Of a DNA stretch of 64,000 nt, positions 56,985-64,000 are shown piece by piece. Location of the stretch: positions 4 to 64,003 of the forward strand of contig SVQM01000001.1 of the NCBI GenBank assembly GCA_015065335.1, read 5' to 3'. The notes beneath the pieces were generated by a model. That model had not been told where the DNA came from. It was given only the letters and a program-made list of their open reading frames with translations, and did no database searches. Within the stretch, counting starts at the first letter, position 1, and each line of letters begins with the position of its first letter. This DNA comes from Oscillospiraceae bacterium (GTDB lineage: Bacteria > Bacillota > Clostridia > Oscillospirales > CAG-272). The position numbers and the translations under genes are program-made.

Positions 56985-57134
56985 GCAGGTATTGACTTGC
57001 AATTTGAGGTTTGAGAGTAGTGTAAATCTATAGGGGACTAAAACAGGTTTACAAACCCTCCCACCTGCCACAAACCCCTGAAACCCTCGTAACATAAGGA
57101 AAAACCACATATTGTGCCAGGTGGCAATCATGAG

Positions 57135-57177
57135 AAAAAACAGTATCCGGAGGAGCTTTCCCGGATACTGTTTTGTA
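57135..57177. terminator. Bidirectional terminator
   Basis: AAAAAA-CAGTATCCGG-N10-CCGGATACTG-TTTTGT. Confidence 0.7.
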
Positions 57178-57181
57178 TTTA

Positions 57182-58105
57182 TCACTTAATCTTTGCTTTT
57201 ACTTCATCGGCATTATGTTTTGCCATTTCAGCTTCGTTTTCAAGGCCCTCGTTTTTATAAAGATTTACAAGCTCGAGCCATGTATTATAAGACTTCTCGT
57301 ATTCACCCATATAATCGTAGCACCAAGCTTTGTTCCAAAGTCCGGAGTGGCCTTCCACCCCCAGCTTTTCTGCGGTTTCATAGCATTCTATCGCTTCGTT
57401 GTAACGTCCGAAATGATTGTGAGCTGATCCAAGGTGAATATAAAGAACACCACATTCGGGGAATAGCTTAATAGCTTCTTTGGCAGTCGATTCAAGCTCG
57501 TCATAGCAGTCACAATAATACAGGGATTCGCAAAGAGATGCCCATTCCAGAGGATTGTTTTTGTCACGCTTAACTCTATCTTTGAGATAGGGAATTATCT
57601 CATCATAACCGTCCCCGGCTTCACGTTCAATTCGCATCTTAAAATCAAGGGCATTATAATAAGACTGTGGATCTTCTCTGTAATCTCTCGCAATTATTCT
57701 TTCGTACCATTCGCGAGCTTTCCTTCGTGAATCTACGTACATAAGATCGTTAAGAAGAGCATAATTGAACATATCCCGCATGGTCATATTACTGGAGTTT
57801 ATCAGTTTGCGAAACTCGAATTCAGCAGCAAGAAAATCTTCGGGAAGATCGGTCTTTTTATATACCGCGGTAAGACGTTCTGCGTAATTTCTGTATGCTA
57901 CGGAATTTGATTTGTAAAAGTCATCGACAGTAACACAGTACAGTTTTGCGATATCGGGAAGCCTTAAAACATCGGGAAGGGCATTGCCACACTCCCAACG
58001 TGATACAGTCTGAACAGTAACACCAAGAATCTCTGCTACCTGTTCTTGTGTCAGTTTTTTCTGATTACGAAATTTTCTTAAATTTTCGGAAAATATAGTA
58101 GACAT
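57182..58105 (-). CDS. XRE-family HTH regulator with C-terminal TPR repeats
   Basis: Start reset to MSTIFSENLRKFRNQKKLTQEQVAEILGVTVQTVSRWECGN (AAAGGAA RBS). TPR-like helical repeats follow. Confidence 0.8.
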   Translation of the reverse strand: MSTIFSENLRKFRNQKKLTQEQVAEILGVTVQTVSRWECGNALPDVLRLPDIAKLYCVTVDDFYKSNSVAYRNYAERLTAVYKKTDLPEDFLAAEFEFRKLINSSNMTMRDMFNYALLNDLMYVDSRRKAREWYERIIARDYREDPQSYYNALDFKMRIEREAGDGYDEIIPYLKDRVKRDKNNPLEWASLCESLYYCDCYDELESTAKEAIKLFPECGVLYIHLGSAHNHFGRYNEAIECYETAEKLGVEGHSGLWNKAWCYDYMGEYEKSYNTWLELVNLYKNEGLENEAEMAKHNADEVKAKIK

Positions 58106-58146
58106 ATTTTTATTCCTTTCGGTATTTATTAGAAGCTTCTGTCTAT

Positions 58147-58175
58147 ATTCTAACCGAAAATGTATCATGTGTCCA
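58147..58175 (-). promoter_or_regulatory. Promoter of the XRE-TPR gene
   Basis: Minus strand TGGACA-17 nt-TAGAAT, about 35 nt before the start. Confidence 0.45.
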
Positions 58176-58334
58176 TATCACGTTTTATGATGTTATTCTC
58201 TTTTTATGTTAAGTTGAAGTATAGTTTAATATTCACATTAAACTTGTTTCCCCCCCCAGAGCCGTCCCCAAAACCGACCAAAAATACATGTCTAAACCGG
58301 TCTAAAACGGTTTACTCCCATCATCACAAAAACG

Positions 58335-58508
58335 CAAAAAAGAGTCTTAATCCTGCGATTAAGACTCTTTCTTTATGCCCCGAAACCCCTTATCTACAAG
58401 GCTTTTACCAAGGATACCGAACTGTTTTACTGGAATAAAAGAGAAGCCACGTCTTTACTACAGAGTGCTAGGCTCCAATTGCCCAGTAGGCTGCCTCAAG
58501 ATGGCTTC
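58335..58508 (-). ncRNA. Candidate roughly 175-nt small RNA or orphan transcript (promoter to intrinsic terminator, no convincing ORF)
   Basis: Minus-strand TTGACT (58543-58538)-17 nt-TATACT (58520-58515). 13-bp terminator AAGAGTCTTAATC-gcag-GATTAAGACTCTT followed by TTTTGCGTTTTTG. Internal 7-bp closing stem GAAGCCA...TGGCTTC. Confidence 0.35.
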
Positions 58509-58632
58509 GTACATAGTATAATAGAACCCGGTTCAAAAGTCAAGCCTAAAATTTCTGACGTTGCTGTTAGGTACAGAAACAATATCCGAATCCGAAATAA
58601 CAGATGCAGAGGGGAGAAATCTTCCGCTTTAC

Positions 58633-58661
58633 TTGTATAACACATGAAAAAATGGTACAAT
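58633..58661 (+). promoter_or_regulatory. Promoter of the GH78-like gene
   Basis: TTGTAT-17 nt-TACAAT with a TGn extended -10. Confidence 0.5.
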
Positions 58662-58690
58662 AGTATTATCAAAAATCTGAGGGTAATGTC

Positions 58691-60874
58691 ATGAAATATG
58701 AGAGAAAAATAAAGTCTGACTGGTCAGCAAAATGGATCTGGGCAGAGGCGGAGGAAAGCTCAAAAAACGCATGGCTGTGCTTTAATAAAACGGTGTTTCT
58801 TGGTGAGGTGCCGCAAAGTCTTACGGCGTGTATTGCCGCAGAGAACAAGTATATTCTGTACATAAACGGAGAGCTTGCAGTCAGAGATGGCGGTATCAAG
58901 CGAGGACCTACTCCCACGGACTGTTACCACGACGAGGTGGATATTGCTCCGTTTTTGAAGGTCGGTGAAAACCTCATCAGCGTTCACGTTTGGTATTGGG
59001 GTAAGGATCAGAGCTTTTCAAGCACCGATGCAGGACAGGGCGGGCTTCTTTTTGAAGCGATAGGTGAGGATGTATCCGTAATCTCGGATAACACCTGGAA
59101 GGTCAAACGTGATCCTGCATTCAAGGAAGATCACGGCGTACTTCAGCCGAACTTCAGACTTCCCGAAAGCAATATCTACTACGATGCACGCGAAGAGATG
59201 TGCGGTTGGAACACTGGAGGCTATGATTTTTCCGATTGGGAAAATGCTGCGGAATACTCTGTCGGCGGAAGTGGAATGTGGGGCAAGACCTACAGACGCG
59301 AGATACCCATGTTCAAGGATTTCGGACTTAAGGATTACGCAAGCTCCACCGAGGGAGAGGGCAGCATTACCCTGAAGGTCCCCTATAACGCACATATAAC
59401 GCCTTATTTGAAGGTGGATGCCGTGGCAGGCAAGGAGATCTCGATAACCACGGAAAACACCGCTGAAGGCTCACTTCACAGTACGTACGTGACGAAGGAC
59501 GGACTTCAGGAATTTGAGTCACCCCTTTGGTTCAATGGAGAGAGGATAACCTATACCGTACCCGAGGGAGTCCGTGTGATATCGCTGAAATACAGAGAAA
59601 GCGGATATGCTACCGAATTCCGTGGTGATTACCGGTGCAGTGATGAGCAGATGAATACCCTATGGCAGAAGTCACTGCGTACCCTTTACGTTACTATGCG
59701 TGATACGTATATGGATTGTCCCGACAGAGAAAGAGCACCCTGGTGGGGAGATGCAACGAATGAAATGATGCTGAGTATGTACAGCCTTGATACGGCATCG
59801 CACCTACTGTACCGCAAGGGCGTCAGCACTATGCTCGGTCACGCTTCCCCCGAAACGAAGGTGCTTTTGACGGTGGTGCCCACCAAGGGGTATTATTCCG
59901 AGCTTCCCATGCAGCAGCTTGCGGGTATTTGCGGTTTTTACTCCTATTACAGATATACCGCCGACGAGGAGTTTTTGCGGCAGGTGACCTGTCCGTCTCT
60001 TGATTATCTTGATCTGTGGGATATCGGGGAGGACGGACTGGTCACTCACAGAACGGGCTCCTGGGACTGGCCCGATTGGGGCGACAGATTCGACGTTCCC
60101 GTTCTTGAAAATGCGTGGTACTATTATGCCATGTTATCCGTACTCAGTATTGCGGAAATTCTCGGAGACATAGAAGCCCGCGATGCTCTCGGAGACAGAA
60201 TGGCAAAGCTCTACGATGCATACCAAAAGCTTTGGTGCGGTAACGGTTATAAAAGTGCATCTGCCGAAGGCTTCGACGATCGGGGAAATGCCGTTGCGGT
60301 GCTTGCGGGACTGTGCCCCGAGGAGCATTACGGCGAGATGAGGGAGCTTCTCTTTGACGTGCGTAATTCAAGCCCCTATATGGAGTATTATGTCCTTGAG
60401 GCACTGTGCAAAATGGGTGAGTACGAACTTGCCAAACGGCGTATGTGTGAGCGATATCGTGATATGATCGCCGAGGATTATTCTACTCTTTGGGAACTTT
60501 GGGATAAAAGCGGTACTATGAATCATGCGTGGTCGGGAGGCCCCCTCGTGATAATGAGTAAGCATTTTGCAGGGATCACTCCGCTACTTCCCGGATACAT
60601 GCTCATCGGTATCGATCCGAGGTACAGTCTTGACAGCCATATGTCTTGTACCGTGCCTGCAGTGATCGGTGAGATAAAGCTGTCTTATACCACCGAGAAC
60701 TGTCATACGAATATTGAGGTTGTAATCCCCGAAGGGGCGCGTGCGGTCATACGTCTGCCCGAGAAAGAGGCTGTTCTTTGGATAAATGGACAAAAGGTAT
60801 TTGACGACAGTACGGGAAATGCTGCAGTCGGTATGGAATACGACAGCGAAAGCCGTACGGTTACAGTGGAATAA
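58691..60874 (+). CDS. Six-hairpin glycosidase, alpha-L-rhamnosidase (GH78)-like
   Basis: N-terminal SAKWIWAE pattern and MDCPDRERAPWWGDA (compare DCPxRER.GWxGD of GH78). 727 aa, no signal peptide. Confidence 0.5.
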   Translation: MKYERKIKSDWSAKWIWAEAEESSKNAWLCFNKTVFLGEVPQSLTACIAAENKYILYINGELAVRDGGIKRGPTPTDCYHDEVDIAPFLKVGENLISVHVWYWGKDQSFSSTDAGQGGLLFEAIGEDVSVISDNTWKVKRDPAFKEDHGVLQPNFRLPESNIYYDAREEMCGWNTGGYDFSDWENAAEYSVGGSGMWGKTYRREIPMFKDFGLKDYASSTEGEGSITLKVPYNAHITPYLKVDAVAGKEISITTENTAEGSLHSTYVTKDGLQEFESPLWFNGERITYTVPEGVRVISLKYRESGYATEFRGDYRCSDEQMNTLWQKSLRTLYVTMRDTYMDCPDRERAPWWGDATNEMMLSMYSLDTASHLLYRKGVSTMLGHASPETKVLLTVVPTKGYYSELPMQQLAGICGFYSYYRYTADEEFLRQVTCPSLDYLDLWDIGEDGLVTHRTGSWDWPDWGDRFDVPVLENAWYYYAMLSVLSIAEILGDIEARDALGDRMAKLYDAYQKLWCGNGYKSASAEGFDDRGNAVAVLAGLCPEEHYGEMRELLFDVRNSSPYMEYYVLEALCKMGEYELAKRRMCERYRDMIAEDYSTLWELWDKSGTMNHAWSGGPLVIMSKHFAGITPLLPGYMLIGIDPRYSLDSHMSCTVPAVIGEIKLSYTTENCHTNIEVVIPEGARAVIRLPEKEAVLWINGQKVFDDSTGNAAVGMEYDSESRTVTVE

Positions 60875-60879
60875 AGTAA

Positions 60880-60913
60880 AACCTCTGCGAGGTATATTTC
60901 CGTCGCAGAGGTT
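60880..60913. terminator. Bidirectional terminator
   Basis: AACCTCTGCGA-N12-TCGCAGAGGTT between convergent genes. Confidence 0.65.
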
Positions 60914-60941
60914 TACCTGTTGTTGTATTGCCGTGGCAGAT

Positions 60942-63900
60942 TTACTTACCGATATATTCTACTGTTATAACCCAGTCACCGTCGCCAGGCTTCTTCGGGA
61001 TCTTATATTTTCCGTCAGTGATATTCACCGTGAAGGACTCGGTGTATTCTCCCGTTCTGCAGTTGAGCCACGTCACTTCGTACTCACCGTTCTTCATGGA
61101 CATAAGTGTTCCCAAGGCAGTATAATTCTCACCCGTACCGTAGAAATATCCCAAATATACGTCATTTTCTATAGTTGACACGGAATATCCCCAGCCGTTT
61201 GGCTCATAGTAGTATGATCCATTGAAGCAAGGAACGAGACGCCACCATTCGTAATTCTCAAGGAGATTTTTGATATAGGTGACTTGCTCACCTGCCTCGG
61301 CGTACAGTCCTTCCACCCAGTTATCGTCTCTGTTGTATGTGCCAAGCTCATCTGACGAATCGTCAATTCCCTCAACGCCCGACCAGAAGATGCTCCATAT
61401 GGGCTGAACACCATAGCCGTAGCCCACGTGTCCGTTCATGAATGCCTGCCATCCCTGCGCACGGGCACCGTAGGTACCCACCCAGAAGTGGTCATATCTG
61501 CCCTCGTAATTCACCACAGGCTTTGATCCGATGTTGCCGTAATAGTCACGCAAGAACTGCCATGTAAACGGATCCTCCAGGTGCAGCTGCAAATAATACT
61601 GTGCCGCATACCACGTATGAGCATCTCTGTCGTCAAATGACGAATTGTTTGCACCGGTGTAAAACCAGTGCTCCTGGTGACAGGTGGAGGGATGTGCATA
61701 GGGATCGTACTTGTGCATATAGTCGATCACGAAGTGCCAGGGATTATTGTCGGGAGTTGCCTCGCAGTCACCGCGATCCTCACCGTAGTAATCGTTGTCC
61801 GCCTCCTGTGCCGTAGTCCACATAACGGGATATGCACCGTAGCGTGCAACCCAGTACCGGCACAGCTTCTCAAGTCGCTCCTCAGTGATATTCCCTGCAA
61901 AATATTCGGTCATCAGTGCAGGCACGGAGCTGAACTGCGAGTTGGCATGAACAAGTCCAAGCTCTGCAATATAGGCAAAATGCTTGTCATACTGCTGAAA
62001 CTTATCAAGTATAAAATCGTTCACACCGTAGGTGTAGATATTCCCGTGATCGTCTGCAAACCAAGAGTTCTGTCCGGGATCAGTCCACCATCCGAGAGGC
62101 TGGGACTGGATCACGGTGTATCCCTGCTCGGCTCTGTAATCCATAATGTACTTGAACTGAGATGTGATGCCGTACTCCGCCGCGATATCCTGGGTGATTC
62201 CCGCCGATGCCTGATCTTCGATCGAGCCGTAGCCATCGAGCTGTTCAAGGGGAAGAGTCCAGTGCGTATCCGCAAGATAGAAGAAGGGCGTGCCGTCATC
62301 GTATACGAAATAATTCTTACCGGGGACAGTTTTCACAAAGCCGTGCTTGTATATATCAAGCTCTCCGCTGTACTCACTGCATACGACCGTACCGTAGCGG
62401 TGGTGAAGTCCGGCATTTTCGGTATCGGAGCACACTGTATAGAACTCCCATGTGCCTGCTTCCGTAAGGGCAAAACGCACCTTAAAGCTTCTGCCGCCGT
62501 CCCAGAATGCGGGAACACTGTAAGCAGTGCCCGTTTCCTTGTTATAGAATACCGCATCCATATCCATAGTGTACACAGGATCGGTATAATCAACGCTGCT
62601 TATGAACTCCATCTCGGTGGCGACCCATTTTTCGCACTCAAGCTCGAGCTTATCACCTGATGGAGAGATATCCTCGATCTCCACAGAGGGCTTCTTTCCT
62701 GCTACGGTATCATACGGCCTTTTTACAACGCAAAAATCCGAAGGGAAAGAAAAGTTTTTGCCGTCATCGGAGCGCACCATATTTTCAACAAAATCACACG
62801 CCGCCAGATAGGTGAGATCATCATTGTAACCGAGAATAACAAGCTTGTTTCCCATCATACGGATGACATATTCCCCTTGGGAGAGAGTCATATAAACGTC
62901 ACGGCTCTCACGGCGGTTGGTCTGTCCGATAAGTATCTCGTCGTAACTGACGTCCACCTCACCCATTACGGAATCATCCTCTTCAAAGTCGGTGAATACA
63001 CTGTATTTTGAATAAAAGTCCTCTTTGATCTTGTTTTCGATAATTCCCGTAGCTTCTTCAAGAGTTGAACTTGCCTTTTCGGGTCTTGTAAGCGAGTAAA
63101 CAGGTGTGCCGTCACGAACGATATCCACACAACTTATCTCTGTATCATCAATATGACCGGCAGTTCCCTTGAGTATGCTGAAATCAAGCTCAGGTGAGAA
63201 CGCTTTGTATGTTATATAGTTAACACATTCGGCCACACCCTCATCGGAATTTGCCGTGAGATATATGTTCTTAGCGTATGTATCAATGTACGCGGTGTCA
63301 GGCGTAGCCGTGACAGCGGATTTGTCAATAAAGTCATATTTTTCAAACAGATCCTTGCCTACGGTAATGAAGCGATCCCCTTCGGTGGCTTCGGTGATCA
63401 CTTCAATATCATTACCGGTAACAGCCTTGATCCCGGATACGATCTTTTCATCGATAGCAGGATCATTTGCAAGGAGCTTGTATTCCGTCCTGCCTGCGGT
63501 AAATACGGGAAAGGTAAGTGCCTCATCAAAGATATATACATCCCATTTTGCGATATACTTCAGAAGCAAGGATACATCACTGAGATTCACCTTGCTGTCT
63601 TTGTTTACATCGGAAGCTTTTTCGGAAACATCTACCGGCCATTTTGCGATTTGCTTCAACACCGCAGAGGCATCTGCAAGATTGATGCTTCCGTCTTTTG
63701 TTGCATCTCCGGGAACAGTTACGTATGCTATGATCTCAGCCCCCGATTTGATGACGGAATCCGATGGCACGGTCACGTCGCCGATCATCTCCTCACCGGA
63801 CGCCGTATATATTGCAACGGTGCCGTCGAATTGGCTTTTGAGATGATCAACACTAACGAGTCCGGTCAGTCCGATGATCTCACCGTCTATAAGCTCAACA

Positions 63901-64000
63901 GTTGCTCTTGGGGAAAGTTCTGCTACGTCAACCACAGCATCAGCCGCGAAGATTCCGCATACGCTGCCAGCAATGATTGCAAGCGCCGACAGCGCAGAAA
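60942..64000 (-). CDS. Secreted dockerin protein with DUF5060 + DUF4038 (GH140-like) domains; 5' end runs off the window
   Basis: The frame stays open to 64000 and reads ..SALSALAIIAGSVCGIFAADAVV (signal peptide). Dockerin GDATKDGSINLADASAVLKQIAKWPV / DVNKDSKVNLSDVSLLLKYIAKWDV. PFFYLADTHWTL and the WEFYTVCSD... patterns are recalled from DUF4038/DUF5060. Confidence 0.7.
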   Translation of the reverse strand, partial: SALSALAIIAGSVCGIFAADAVVDVAELSPRATVELIDGEIIGLTGLVSVDHLKSQFDGTVAIYTASGEEMIGDVTVPSDSVIKSGAEIIAYVTVPGDATKDGSINLADASAVLKQIAKWPVDVSEKASDVNKDSKVNLSDVSLLLKYIAKWDVYIFDEALTFPVFTAGRTEYKLLANDPAIDEKIVSGIKAVTGNDIEVITEATEGDRFITVGKDLFEKYDFIDKSAVTATPDTAYIDTYAKNIYLTANSDEGVAECVNYITYKAFSPELDFSILKGTAGHIDDTEISCVDIVRDGTPVYSLTRPEKASSTLEEATGIIENKIKEDFYSKYSVFTDFEEDDSVMGEVDVSYDEILIGQTNRRESRDVYMTLSQGEYVIRMMGNKLVILGYNDDLTYLAACDFVENMVRSDDGKNFSFPSDFCVVKRPYDTVAGKKPSVEIEDISPSGDKLELECEKWVATEMEFISSVDYTDPVYTMDMDAVFYNKETGTAYSVPAFWDGGRSFKVRFALTEAGTWEFYTVCSDTENAGLHHRYGTVVCSEYSGELDIYKHGFVKTVPGKNYFVYDDGTPFFYLADTHWTLPLEQLDGYGSIEDQASAGITQDIAAEYGITSQFKYIMDYRAEQGYTVIQSQPLGWWTDPGQNSWFADDHGNIYTYGVNDFILDKFQQYDKHFAYIAELGLVHANSQFSSVPALMTEYFAGNITEERLEKLCRYWVARYGAYPVMWTTAQEADNDYYGEDRGDCEATPDNNPWHFVIDYMHKYDPYAHPSTCHQEHWFYTGANNSSFDDRDAHTWYAAQYYLQLHLEDPFTWQFLRDYYGNIGSKPVVNYEGRYDHFWVGTYGARAQGWQAFMNGHVGYGYGVQPIWSIFWSGVEGIDDSSDELGTYNRDDNWVEGLYAEAGEQVTYIKNLLENYEWWRLVPCFNGSYYYEPNGWGYSVSTIENDVYLGYFYGTGENYTALGTLMSMKNGEYEVTWLNCRTGEYTESFTVNITDGKYKIPKKPGDGDWVITVEYIGK

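Noticed and set aside
57009-57044. A 36-nt stretch reading on the minus strand GTTTTAGTCCCCTATAGATTTACACTACTCTCAAAC, whose first 13 nt resemble Cas13a-type CRISPR repeats.
   Set aside because: It is a single copy with no repeat-spacer periodicity. There is no internal CCCC/GGGG stem and no cas gene in the window. The similarity to the 58.3-kb copy extends beyond the would-be repeat boundary, so it is part of a different repeat.
58441-58510. A riboswitch upstream of the GH78-like gene.
   Set aside because: The predicted promoter of that gene (58633-58661) lies downstream of this structure. The structured segment fits better within the minus-strand candidate sRNA.

Overview
The window looks like a chromosomal segment of a cellulosome-type Firmicute, probably Ruminococcus-like. 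That placement is inferred from four dockerin-bearing proteins and a glgC-glgD operon. All family names below come from motifs read by eye; no database search was possible.

Gene content from left to right:
- 0.2-2.6 kb: methionine genes metA and metY.
- 2.7-17 kb: a WYL regulator and a carbohydrate-enzyme neighbourhood (dockerin/DUF4091 protein, GH4, GH2, sugar isomerase, 2-hydroxyacid dehydrogenase, FAD/Rieske oxidoreductase). It includes a 7TM-LuxR membrane regulator.
- 17.4-27.5 kb: a complete glycogen operon, glgC-glgD-glgA-glgP-GH13-glgB.
- 28-32 kb: a ydjG/H/I-like membrane module (SPFH protein, Zn-ribbon protein, TPM protein) with no pspA.
- 32-35 kb: an orphan solute-binding lipoprotein plus a membrane LuxR sensor.
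- 35.6-38.6 kb: a 1007-aa Big_2/dockerin protein with deviant codon usage.
- 41.4-42.2 kb: an XRE-HTH/OPRTase-like fusion flanked by direct repeats, one carrying a tRNA-3'-end-like 23-mer.
- 43-57 kb: about 21 co-directional, tightly packed, uncharacterised and mostly cytoplasmic genes.
- 57.2-58.1 kb: an XRE-TPR regulator.
- 58.7-64 kb: two more glycosidase-like genes (GH78-like and a dockerin GH140-like).

The most interesting region is the 43-57 kb array. It is built from reshuffled paralogous modules: a roughly 95-aa small domain in 4-6 copies, a shared roughly 190-aa N-module, Sel1, MORN-like and DUF1963/YwqG domains, a BspA-LRR, a free L7/L12-CTD-like domain and Zn-ribbons. A repeated 17-nt palindrome sits at a fixed distance upstream of three start codons. 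I interpret it as a candidate orphan-immunity or decoy island of unknown function; no toxin, secretion, integrase, CRISPR or cas gene is visible.

Secondary leads are a 13-nt exact motif (TTCGGGTGGGAAA) shared by the roughly 110-nt leaders of both LuxR-sensor operons, and a promoter-to-terminator candidate sRNA at 58.3-58.5 kb.
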